Shown: positions 1-7,813 of the stretch, in pieces
How the letters are laid out: each line of letters starts with the position of its first letter
Numbering within the stretch: the first letter of the stretch is position 1
Virus record (IMG/VR): IMGVR_UViG_2698536339_000002
Reading direction: 5' to 3' (one strand)
Origin: a virus
Taxonomy: Duplodnaviria > Heunggongvirae > Uroviricota > Caudoviricetes
DNA length: 25,965 nt
Program-made: the position numbers and the translations under genes
Notes under the pieces: model-generated
The model's database searches: none
What the model was told of the DNA's origin: nothing
The model's input: the letters and a program-made list of their open reading frames with translations, nothing else

Positions 1-432
1 GTGATTCTGCTGGACTTTATGCGCAGGGAGTTAAACCTGTCTAACTCTTCAGTGCTTGGTGCCTGTCAGAAACTCCAGGAGGCTGTTGGCTTACCGAATC
101 TGGCACCGCGCTATGCCATTGATGCTCCTGCTGACGCGCCTGATGGCTCAAGTCGCCCTACGCTGTCGCTGAGTGCACTGCTGAAACAGTATGGTATCCG
201 CCTTACGGCTAATCAGGCATATCACCAGATGGCGAAGCTGGGGATCGTTGAACAACGCGAACGATACAGCCGTACCTCGATTAACAACATCAAAAAATTC
301 TGGTCGCTGACAGCGAAAGGCTGCATGTTCGGCAAGAACATCACCAGTCCCGCAAATCCGCGCGAGACGCAGCCGCACTTTTTCGAATCCCGATTCCCTG
401 AGCTGTTAAAGCTGCTCGATACCGTTCATTGA
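1..432 (+). CDS. Hypothetical phage protein, 3' portion of an ORF that runs off the window's left edge
   Basis: Open frame from position 1 (no true start in window) to stop at 430-432, immediately followed and near-overlapped by the next gene in the same orientation. No catalytic motifs recognised; function not assigned. Confidence 0.45.
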   Translation: MILLDFMRRELNLSNSSVLGACQKLQEAVGLPNLAPRYAIDAPADAPDGSSRPTLSLSALLKQYGIRLTANQAYHQMAKLGIVEQRERYSRTSINNIKKFWSLTAKGCMFGKNITSPANPRETQPHFFESRFPELLKLLDTVH

Positions 433-433
433 G

Positions 434-1429
434 GTGACCGTGAGAGCACTACTGACCCCTGAAATTGCCCCGCGTATGGGGATCGTATTGTTCAGACCAG
501 GTTCAGAGCTGATGCCCCTGTTTATGCAGGGGCGTGTCCTGCTGGAGCCTGAGCCGGAACGTTATTCATCTTTCGCCAGTGGTGCCGTTCCGGCGGCATC
601 ACAACCGCTGGCGGATGATCCTGCCGTACGGGCCGTGTTCCGCAATGAGGCAGTGATCCGTCGTGCTGGTGGCGTGGAATGTCTTGAAAGCTGGTTACTT
701 CGTGAAAAAGGCTGCCAGTGGCCTCATTCCGACTGGCACAGCGAGAACATGACAACAATGCGACACGCGCCGGGCGCAATCCGTCTGTGCTGGCACTGCG
801 ATAACCAGCTGCGCGATCAGTTCACGGAACGGCTGGAATCAATGGCAACGGATAACTGTGCCCGCTGGGTGTTGTCTGTTGTGCGTCGGGATCTCGGTTT
901 TGATGACAGTCACGTTGTGACAATGCCGGAACTGTGCTGGTGGCTGATTCGTAATGACCTGGCGGATGCCTTACCGGAAAGTGCAGCCCGTAAGGCACTG
1001 AGATTACCGAAGCCTGTTGTGCCGTCTGTCACCCGGGAAAGTGACCTTGTGCCTTCGGTTCCTGCCACCAGCATCATCCAGGATAAGGCGAAAAAGGTGC
1101 TGGCGCTGAAAGTGGATCCGGAGTCGCCGGAGTCTTTTATGTTACGCCCAAAACGTCGCCGCTGGGTTAATGAAAAGTACACGCGCTGGGTTAAGACACA
1201 GCCGTGTGCATGTTGTGGAAAGCCTGCTGATGATCCCCACCACCTGATAGGCCACGGTCAGGGGGGAATGGGTACAAAAGCGCATGACCTCTTTGTGTTG
1301 CCTTTGTGCAGAAAGCATCACGACGAGCTGCATGCGGATACCGTGGCATTTGAAGAGAAGTATGGCTCCCAGCTGGAGCTGATATTTCGTTTTATCGATC
1401 GTGCGCTGGCAATTGGCGTGCTGGCCTGA
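434..1429 (+). CDS. DUF968/YdfU-like prophage protein with C-terminal Cys/His (HNH-like) metal-binding motif
   Basis: 331-aa ORF directly upstream of Q, as for ydfU-type genes in E. coli lambdoid prophages. C-terminus carries C-x-C-C-G ... HH ... C-x-x-HH spacing typical of HNH/zinc-binding folds. Family assignment is from recall, not a search. Confidence 0.6.
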   Translation: MTVRALLTPEIAPRMGIVLFRPGSELMPLFMQGRVLLEPEPERYSSFASGAVPAASQPLADDPAVRAVFRNEAVIRRAGGVECLESWLLREKGCQWPHSDWHSENMTTMRHAPGAIRLCWHCDNQLRDQFTERLESMATDNCARWVLSVVRRDLGFDDSHVVTMPELCWWLIRNDLADALPESAARKALRLPKPVVPSVTRESDLVPSVPATSIIQDKAKKVLALKVDPESPESFMLRPKRRRWVNEKYTRWVKTQPCACCGKPADDPHHLIGHGQGGMGTKAHDLFVLPLCRKHHDELHADTVAFEEKYGSQLELIFRFIDRALAIGVLA

Positions 1430-1431
1430 TT

Positions 1432-1788
1432 TTGTGGAGAAAGTTGATGCGTGATATGTATGAAGTATTGGACCGCTGGGGTGCATGGGCTGCAGCAGAT
1501 AACAGTGGTGTGGACTGGCAGCCTGTTGCTGCAGGGTTTAAAGGTTTACTACCTCATGGAAAGAAAACACGCCAACAATGCGATGATGATGAAGGAATCA
1601 TGATTGACAGCTGTGTTGCGCGATTGCGGAAATATAAGCCCGAAGAGTATGAGTTGGTTATTGCTCATTTTGTTATCGGCATCTCACTAAGAACTATTGC
1701 AAAGAAGCAGAAGTGTTCTGATGGGACAATAAGAAAAGAGTTGCAAACAGCTCTTGGTTTTCTGGATGGTGTGCTTTCAATGTTGTAA
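1432..1788 (+). CDS. Q: Late-gene antitermination protein Q (small QuuD/phage-82-type)
   Basis: 118-aa product with the pattern LDRWGAWAA ... GFKGLLP ... QCDDDEG ... CSDGTIRKELQTA, matching my recollection of small Q antiterminators (E. coli DLP12 QuuD). Lies upstream of the lysis cassette as expected. Confidence 0.8.
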   Translation: MWRKLMRDMYEVLDRWGAWAAADNSGVDWQPVAAGFKGLLPHGKKTRQQCDDDEGIMIDSCVARLRKYKPEEYELVIAHFVIGISLRTIAKKQKCSDGTIRKELQTALGFLDGVLSML

Positions 1789-1793
1789 TATTA

Positions 1794-1816
1794 GGGGGAA
1801 TTACCCCCCTTTTTTT
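1794..1816 (+). terminator. Rho-independent terminator hairpin immediately after Q (possibly bidirectional)
   Basis: GGGGG (1794-1798) / AATTA loop / CCCCCC (1804-1809) followed by a 7-T run (1810-1816). The stop codon of the convergent minus-strand gene (1801-1803) lies inside the hairpin. Confidence 0.55.
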
Positions 1817-2349
1817 CTCTGTTGTTTTAATAAAATTTTAATATTTTGTCTGATTATGATGAGGCAATGTAATAAAAGAAATACCGTTAGTATTGCAAGC
1901 CATACGCAAAATAAGCATGCATATAAATTAGTTGAAAGTCCAATAGTGAATTGTGCAATTGCTGTTGTGATAGAACATAATATTGATGTATTAATAAATG
2001 AGGATAAATTGTCTAAAGGTTTATAAAGTACACTATCATTGATTTTGTCAATAGGTATACCAGTGGCAATGCTATAAATTTCCTTATATTCCTGAGTTGC
2101 AAAAACCTTATCGCGTAAATTTATTATGACAAAGGTATGCAGGCTCAATAAAAATGAACCCACGGAAATAAAACCGGAGAAGAGATAGCCTCGTAAGTTT
2201 TTATGATAAAAATCAAAAAAGTTAACACTTACTTTAGGTGTGTTTCTGTACAATAGGTAAAGTGCAAGCAATGCCAGGATCGAGAATGCAAGCAGTGTAA
2301 TGTACTGATACCTCAATCTTTTATTTATTAGCCATTCATATAAAGGCAT
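1801..2349 (-). CDS. Hypothetical integral membrane protein (about 4 predicted TM helices), second gene of AT-rich cassette
   Basis: 182-aa ORF with four long hydrophobic stretches (approx. residues 16-34, 55-79, 117-138, 141-167) and a basic C-terminus (KQQRKKGG). Start overlaps the upstream gene's end by 14 nt. Very AT-rich codon usage, unlike the flanking phage genes. Confidence 0.6.
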   Translation of the reverse strand: MPLYEWLINKRLRYQYITLLAFSILALLALYLLYRNTPKVSVNFFDFYHKNLRGYLFSGFISVGSFLLSLHTFVIINLRDKVFATQEYKEIYSIATGIPIDKINDSVLYKPLDNLSSFINTSILCSITTAIAQFTIGLSTNLYACLFCVWLAILTVFLLLHCLIIIRQNIKILLKQQRKKGG

Positions 2350-3262
2350 TTTTATTCGTCCCGTTCAGCATTTCTTCTTTTATCATATCAAAAACAGGGT
2401 TTGTTGTATAATTATCGTTTGTCAATCCATTGACTTTATCGGCAATTATATCGAAATCGTATGTTTCAAAAAAAACAGGGCAGTTCATAAAATCAATGGT
2501 TTTTTCTATTCCTGCATGGTTTACTGCAATAACCTGTGCTTTAGCAACTCCACTCATAGAATTATAAATATTTGAAAGATTCTGAGATAGTTGTTGCACT
2601 TTTGTTCTGTCGCTAGAATTAAAATTCATATCTATTGTGGTGGTGTTAACAAATTGTTCAAGCGCAGTCATTGGCCCACCTTTAAAATCTATATAATTAA
2701 ATTTAAAGCTTGTGCTTTTAATCTCTTTGAATTGACATAAAACACTCTGAATGTTGTTTTTATTTGTCATAAGGCTGAAAGTCAGTCTTTCTTTGTATTT
2801 TTTATTTATTGCAGTTACTTCTTTTTGTTTTGGTTTATCTCCAAGTTTTTTTATTTCTTCTTTATTTTGATTTCTGATAAATTCATTACTTATTGTTTCT
2901 AAATGAGAAAAGAGAGTGTTCAGGCTGCATGAACCGTGGTGATACATATAGAGACCAGAAAGATTAGATTTTTTAATTAAGAAAAAGTTGAAATTAGCAA
3001 GTTTGTCACTTCCTTGAAGATCTTCAATTTTAAGCTGGAATTTACCATCAACAAATTGCGACTTACAGTTCTTTTTTTGGTTTCTGAATGTGACAACTAA
3101 TCCATAATAGAAATCATTCACATCCGAAATGAGAATTTTACGAGTATAGTCTGTGCGACTGTGTTCTCTGTTTGATGCGTTGATAAAAGCATTCATTACG
3201 TCAACGGTATTAATATTTTTGTTATTGTTATTTATTGTAAATCCTATGCTTCTAACTTTCAT
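2336..3262 (-). CDS. Hypothetical soluble protein (308 aa), first gene of AT-rich cassette; no recognisable motifs
   Basis: Long uninterrupted minus-strand ORF in a strongly AT-rich segment, rich in Asn/Lys/Ile. No Walker A, HxH, DPPY or other signature seen by eye. Overlaps the downstream membrane gene by 14 nt, suggesting an operon. Confidence 0.6.
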   Translation of the reverse strand: MKVRSIGFTINNNNKNINTVDVMNAFINASNREHSRTDYTRKILISDVNDFYYGLVVTFRNQKKNCKSQFVDGKFQLKIEDLQGSDKLANFNFFLIKKSNLSGLYMYHHGSCSLNTLFSHLETISNEFIRNQNKEEIKKLGDKPKQKEVTAINKKYKERLTFSLMTNKNNIQSVLCQFKEIKSTSFKFNYIDFKGGPMTALEQFVNTTTIDMNFNSSDRTKVQQLSQNLSNIYNSMSGVAKAQVIAVNHAGIEKTIDFMNCPVFFETYDFDIIADKVNGLTNDNYTTNPVFDMIKEEMLNGTNKNAFI

Positions 3263-3384
3263 GTGTATTCCAGGACCGACTAAAGATAGCGAGAATGGGG
3301 ACGCATAGTTTATAAAAATCCTAACGCGTACGCAAAAAGTATTATATCGTGTTAAGAGTGGTTACTTCGCCACACAACTTAAAC

Positions 3385-3405
3385 CCGCCGCTGAGCGGTT
3401 TTTTT
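3385..3405 (+). terminator. Candidate rho-independent terminator (possible tR'-like element)
   Basis: Short GC stem CCGC/GCGG with TGA loop (3388-3398) followed by T7 (3399-3405). The stem is short, so strength is uncertain. Confidence 0.35.
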
Positions 3406-3503
3406 GTACCTGTAAACCAGGTGCAGTACAGTAAACACGCTGGTGGTCGTGAATACTGGCTTTTTATCTTGCTGGCTTTTTAGACAAGAGTTATTGGTAT
3501 GTC

Positions 3504-3731
3504 ATGTTAACCAGAAGGGAAAAAGACATGCTAAAACAGCAAGATATGACAGAAACCGCCGCCGCAGTCCTTCATTTCTTACCTGCTGACAAGTGGGTAA
3601 CGCCACGCATGATGACGAGAACTACCGGAGTAAGCGAAGCCCGGTGCCAGTTAATACTGACTCAGTTAGTTCTGGCGGGTCTGGCGAAGGATAACGGCGG
3701 GTACGGGAATAAATTCAGACGCTGCCAGTAA
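3504..3731 (+). CDS. Small hypothetical protein, possible DNA-binding regulator
   Basis: 75-aa ORF. An internal ATG at 3528 has a better Shine-Dalgarno (AAGGGAAAAAGAC-ATG), so the true product may be 67 aa. Size and charge pattern resemble small winged-helix regulators, but this is not verified. Confidence 0.4.
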   Translation: MLTRREKDMLKQQDMTETAAAVLHFLPADKWVTPRMMTRTTGVSEARCQLILTQLVLAGLAKDNGGYGNKFRRCQ

Positions 3732-3881
3732 TGGCGGTTTCCTGCTGTGAAAATGGGCGGCTGGTGGGTGTTGGTAGCACCTGCCAGCCATTCGCTCATG
3801 CCTACTGGTCACAAGCGAACCACGGCCCACTGCTTTAGCGCAAAAGCAGAGTGAGCCTACCAGAGTTACGCTTACTGATCC

Positions 3882-4934
3882 ATGAAAAATACTGTAAAAA
3901 TAAACAGTGTTGATTTAATCAACGCTGATTGCCTGCATTTTATTCAGTCCCTGCCTGATGATTCCATTGACCTGATTGTTACCGATCCGCCGTACTTCAA
4001 GGTGAAACCCAACGGCTGGGACAATCAGTGGAAAGGGGACGAAGATTACCTTAAGTGGCTGGACCACTGTCTGGCCCAGTTCTGGCGGGTGTTAAAACCT
4101 GCCGGAAGCCTTTACCTGTTCTGTGGGCATCGCCTGGCATCTGATATTGAGATCATGATGCGTGAACGTTTCAACGTGCTTAACCATATCATCTGGGCGA
4201 AGCCGTCCGGACGTTGGAATGGGTGTAATAAAGAAAGTCTGCGCGCATATTTTCCTGCCACAGAGCGCGTTCTGTTTGCTGAACATTACCAGGGACCATA
4301 TCGCGGCAAAAGTGACGGCTATGCGGCAAAAGAAAGGGAACTCAAACAGCACATAATGGCACCGCTGATATCGTATTTCAGGGATGCTCGTGCCGAACTG
4401 GGTATAACGGCAAAACAAATTGCCGAAGCCACAGGTAAGAAAAATATGGTTTCCCACTGGTTTGGTGCCAGTCAGTGGCAGTTGCCGAATGAGGCTGACT
4501 ATCGGAAGTTACAGGCACTGTTTTCCCGTATAGCGGCAGAGAAGTTTCAGGAACAACAACTGGAACAACCACACCACCAGCTGGTGGCATCTTATGATTC
4601 ACTGAATCGTAAATATTCTGAATTGCTGGATGAGTTTAAATCTCTCCGGCGCTATTTCTCCGTATCAGTCTCCGTGCCTTATACCGATGTCTGGATGCAT
4701 AAACCCGTTCAGTTCTACCCGGGGAAACATCCGTGTGAGAAACCGGCGGATATGCTCAGGCAAATAATCAATGCCAGTAGTCGACCAGGTGATCTGGTTG
4801 CTGATTTTTTTATGGGATCCGGTTCCACAATAAAAGCAGCAATGGCGCTGGGGCGTCGGGCCTTAGGTGTTGAGCTTGAGTCAGAGCGGTTTAATCAGAC
4901 AGTGAAAGAGATAAACGAGCTGGTGGGGAAATAA
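3882..4934 (+). CDS. Orphan DNA methyltransferase, beta-class amino-MTase (N6-adenine or N4-cytosine)
   Basis: Catalytic motif IV DPPY (LIVTDPPYF) lies near the N-terminus and the AdoMet-binding motif I (DFFMGSGST) near the C-terminus. This IV-then-I order defines beta-class amino-methyltransferases. No adjacent restriction endonuclease candidate. Confidence 0.85.
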
Positions 4935-4940
4935 TCTGGT

Positions 4941-4965
4941 GGCCACGTCAGGTGGCCTTTTTATT
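4941..4965 (+). terminator. Rho-independent terminator between methyltransferase and holin
   Basis: GGCCAC (4941-4946) / GTCAG loop / GTGGCC (4952-4957) followed by TTTTTATTT. Confidence 0.5.
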
Positions 4966-5001
4966 TCCATTACACAGCACCCGCATCTGCGAGGTGGGGT
5001 T

Positions 5002-5217
5002 ATGAAATCCATGGATAAGTTAACAACGGGTGTCGCCTATGGCACCTCAGCAGGTAGTGCCGGTTACTGGTTTTTACAGCTGCTCGATAAAGTCACGCCC
5101 TCACAGTGGGCAGCAATAGGTGTGCTGGGTAGCCTGGTATTTGGCCTGCTGACGTACCTGACAAACCTTTATTTCAAGATTAAAGAAGATAAGCGCAAGG
5201 CTGCGAGAGGTGAATAA
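5002..5217 (+). CDS. S: Class II pinholin (phage 21 S-like) with dual-start motif
   Basis: 71-aa product [26 protein letters not shown]...[17 protein letters not shown]...KRKAARGE with two TM segments. Met1-Lys2-Ser3-Met4 is a holin/antiholin dual-start arrangement. SD GAGGTGGGG lies upstream of ATG 5002. The 4939 start in the ORF track is probably an upstream over-extension. Confidence 0.8.
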
Positions 5218-5783
5218 TGCCTCCATCATTACGAAAAGCCGTTGCTGCTGCTATTGGTGGCGGAGCAATTGCTATAGCATCAGTGTTAATCACTGGCCCA
5301 AGTGGTGACGATGGCCTGGAAGGTGTCAGCTACATACCATACAAAGATATCGTTGGCGTATGGACTGTATGTCACGGACACACCGGAAAAGACATCATGC
5401 TCGGTAAAACGTATACCGAAGCAGAATGCAAAGCCCTCCTGAATAAAGACCTTGCCACGGTTGCCAGACAAATTAACCCGTACATCAAAGTCGATATACC
5501 GGAAACAACGCGCGGCGCTCTTTACTCGTTCGTCTACAACGTGGGTGCTGGCAATTTCAGAACATCGACGCTTCTTCGCAAAATAAACCAGGGCGATATC
5601 AAAGGCGCATGTGACCAGCTACGTCGCTGGATATACGCTGGCGGTAAGCAATGGAAAGGCCTGATGACTCGTCGTGAGATTGAGCGTGAAGTTTGCCTGT
5701 GGGCAGAAAAACCTCAGGTTCTTGGTGATGGGCTCGGGCCGCTTAACCCAGGCATTCCGGTATCAGTTCCGGGGGTATTCTGA
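5217..5783 (+). CDS. R: SAR endolysin (signal-anchor-release lysozyme, phage 21 R-like)
   Basis: N-terminal Gly/Ala-rich weakly hydrophobic SAR segment ([20 protein letters not shown]) followed by a lysozyme domain with Glu35, Asp44 and Thr50 at the expected catalytic spacing. Directly follows the pinholin. Confidence 0.85.
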   Translation: MPPSLRKAVAAAIGGGAIAIASVLITGPSGDDGLEGVSYIPYKDIVGVWTVCHGHTGKDIMLGKTYTEAECKALLNKDLATVARQINPYIKVDIPETTRGALYSFVYNVGAGNFRTSTLLRKINQGDIKGACDQLRRWIYAGGKQWKGLMTRREIEREVCLWAEKPQVLGDGLGPLNPGIPVSVPGVF

Positions 5784-6319
5784 TGAAACCCAGAAAAATT
5801 ACGATTGTTGCGGTTCTGCTGGTGGCTGTCGTAATCATTATTGCAGTGCTTAGCGTATTACTGGTTCGTAGCCGCTCAGCTCTTGAAACAGAACAGAGTG
5901 AGAATCGGGTATTACGTAATGATAACGCGCTGCAGGCGACGGTGATAACTACACAGGCTTTCAACTTCAATCGGTTTAACCAGATAGCAGAGAACGCCAA
6001 CCGCCTTAACTCGCTGATCGATGCCGGTACTGAGAAAACTGTCATCGAATACCGGGAGATTCTCCGACGTGAAAAGACCTGTGATCTGCCTGTTCCTGCT
6101 GATGTCGCTGGTGGGCTGCTCAAATACGCGTACCGTTTACGTGCCAGCGCAATGCACCCCGATACCGGGAACACTAACGCAACCGATGATAGTACCGCTG
6201 CCGCCAGCTCAATGACGTATTGCCAGGCCGTCCTCTGGATTGAACCTTTGCTGGCTGTTATTGAGAAGGGCAACAATAACCTGGCGGGTATACGAGAGAT
6301 TGAGAAGTTACGAAAATGA
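5783..6319 (+). CDS. Rz: i-spanin (Rz-like), type II inner-membrane protein
   Basis: N-terminal TM helix (ITIVAVLLVAVVIIIAVLSVLLV) then a charged, coiled-coil-like periplasmic domain. Start overlaps the endolysin stop (TGATG). The o-spanin gene is embedded within it. Confidence 0.75.
   Translation: MKPRKITIVAVLLVAVVIIIAVLSVLLVRSRSALETEQSENRVLRNDNALQATVITTQAFNFNRFNQIAENANRLNSLIDAGTEKTVIEYREILRREKTCDLPVPADVAGGLLKYAYRLRASAMHPDTGNTNATDDSTAAASSMTYCQAVLWIEPLLAVIEKGNNNLAGIREIEKLRK
6069..6215 (+). CDS. Rz1: o-spanin (Rz1-like) outer-membrane lipoprotein, embedded in +1 frame within Rz
   Basis: GTG start at 6069 preceded by GGGAGA. Signal peptide with lipobox LVGC, then a Pro-rich mature region (PAQCTPIPGTLTQPMIVPLPP). 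Fully nested in Rz in the +1 frame. Confidence 0.65.
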   Translation: MKRPVICLFLLMSLVGCSNTRTVYVPAQCTPIPGTLTQPMIVPLPPAQ

Positions 6320-6581
6320 ATAATGTCCGTTGACATTGTTAGGGTGATTCTCATTTAACAACCTCAACTGCTACATTACAGTGCTTCATCATGCAATTAG
6401 CTTTTTCACCAATGGCTTAGATCCAGTGAAAGTTACTGACGTTATCTAATGACAAGATGAACGTAGCTTTTGTGTAGTTTTTCAGCGAATAGGATTATCT
6501 GAATTTAGCATTTTTGGCTTGTATAAACTGTGGGTAAGTAGCTATAGTCACGTCATAGATAGTATTTTTGCATCTTTTTCA

Positions 6582-6601
6582 AGCCTCTTTTGAGGCTTTT
6601 T
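6582..6601 (+). terminator. Rho-independent terminator in the noncoding gap after the lysis cassette
   Basis: AGCCTC / TTTT / GAGGCT hairpin followed by a T-run. Confidence 0.45.
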
Positions 6602-6689
6602 GCACATTTAAATATGACAACAATGGCACATATAGTATGTCCCCCTTGGCACAGGCACTATATGTAGCGCTATAAAAGGAACTATCATT

Positions 6690-6890
6690 ATGACCCCAGC
6701 TGAGTTCTACGATGTTTACAATATCAAACCGGCAGAAATGTTGACTGGTGAAACTGTTAACAACTTCGCTTCTCGTGTAATGGCACAGCAAACTAGTACG
6801 AGTGGAAACACAGGTGTTTGGTACTCACAAGGTACCGCTACACAATCGAAGCAAAACCAAACTACAAGTCATCAACTTTACACGTACTGA
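6690..6890 (+). CDS. Small hypothetical protein (66 aa), first gene of a two-gene accessory insert
   Basis: ATG with AAGGA Shine-Dalgarno 8-9 nt upstream. Product has a Gln/Thr/Ser-rich C-terminal half. Separated from the next gene by only 3 nt. Confidence 0.45.
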   Translation: MTPAEFYDVYNIKPAEMLTGETVNNFASRVMAQQTSTSGNTGVWYSQGTATQSKQNQTTSHQLYTY

Positions 6891-6893
6891 TTT

Positions 6894-7796
6894 ATGCCTA
6901 ATTGGAGCGACGTACTGGGCGAGATAACGGCTCTCGCCCATAAAAGTCCTATGGATGAGGTTCGCCGTAAATACTTATCTCAACTTTCGAATCATACTGG
7001 AAGAAATGTAATCACATATTACTCAGGGTGGTTACAGCATGGTGGTGCAGAAGTACGCCATCTTACTCAGATGACTGATGATGATAAGAACGGGTTGATG
7101 ACAGCCATCAATGGTTTAGATGTATCAAAAGGGTTGGATTTGATACTTCATACTCCAGGTGGTGATATTGCCGCTTTGGAATCAATCGGGCATTACTTAA
7201 GGTCGAAGTTTGGAACTAACATCAGAGCAATTGTTCCTATGATTTCAATGTCCTGCGGAACTATGCTTGCATGTTGTGCCAATGAAATCATCATGGGTAA
7301 ACAGTCCAACATTGGCCCAATTGATCCTCAGTTCAACGGTTTCTCCACCCATGCCATCATTGAAGAATGGAATCGTGCGCAGACGGAAATTTTTCAAAAT
7401 CCCGCAGCTGTTCAGATGTGGCAGTTCATTCTTCAAAAGCTAAACCCGACGATCATCGGCGAGTGTGAGAAAGCAATCAAATGGGCAAATGAGATTGTTA
7501 AGCATTGGCTTATGACAGGCATGTTTGATAATGATCCTGAGGCAGAATCAAAAGCAACACATGTTTGTTCAGAGTTAAACAACCATCACACAACCTATAC
7601 CCACTCGCGTCATATTCATTTTGATAAGGCGCAGAAAATTGGGTTGAATGTTACCGAACTTGAAAGTGATCAAGTACTTCAAGATTTGGTTTTGACTATA
7701 CATCACAGCTACATGCATTCTTTTGGTGGAGCACCACTGGCAAAAATCATTGAAAATCATAACGGTAACGCAATGATTTGGAATATCCAGTCTTAA
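6894..7796 (+). CDS. ClpP-fold serine peptidase (SDH / S49-like family), accessory (non-capsid) protease
   Basis: 300-aa product with the ClpP/crotonase-fold peptidase signature LHTPGGD and downstream PMISMSCGTMLACCANE (candidate nucleophile Ser). Lower G+C than the structural genes. Sits between spanins and cos, the slot lambda uses for bor. Confidence 0.65.
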   Translation: MPNWSDVLGEITALAHKSPMDEVRRKYLSQLSNHTGRNVITYYSGWLQHGGAEVRHLTQMTDDDKNGLMTAINGLDVSKGLDLILHTPGGDIAALESIGHYLRSKFGTNIRAIVPMISMSCGTMLACCANEIIMGKQSNIGPIDPQFNGFSTHAIIEEWNRAQTEIFQNPAAVQMWQFILQKLNPTIIGECEKAIKWANEIVKHWLMTGMFDNDPEAESKATHVCSELNNHHTTYTHSRHIHFDKAQKIGLNVTELESDQVLQDLVLTIHHSYMHSFGGAPLAKIIENHNGNAMIWNIQS

Positions 7797-7813
7797 TCCC
7801 CCCTGTCTGATTC

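Noticed and set aside
382-390. TTCGAATCC motif resembling a tRNA T-loop
   Set aside because: It is inside a coding ORF, lacks the preceding GG of GGTTCGAATCC, and has no flanking acceptor or anticodon stem complementarity. No tRNA was identified anywhere in the window by eye.
3399-3416. 14-nt exact repeat TTTTTTTGTACCTG shared with 14456-14469, each directly after a terminator hairpin
   Set aside because: With about 26 kb on two strands, roughly one chance 14-mer coincidence is expected, and half the match is a low-complexity T-run. Noted in case a search shows it is conserved; not treated as a feature.
4939-5001. Upstream extension of the holin ORF (start at 4939)
   Set aside because: The extension overlaps the terminator hairpin at 4941-4965 and lacks a ribosome-binding site. 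ATG 5002 has a strong SD and gives the canonical dual-start pinholin N-terminus.
6624-6665. TGGCAC motifs suggestive of a sigma-54 (-24/-12) promoter
   Set aside because: Spacing and the -12 element (TTGCA/T at the correct distance) do not fit the sigma-54 consensus. Retained only as a possible operator-like near-repeat in the finding for 6320..6690.
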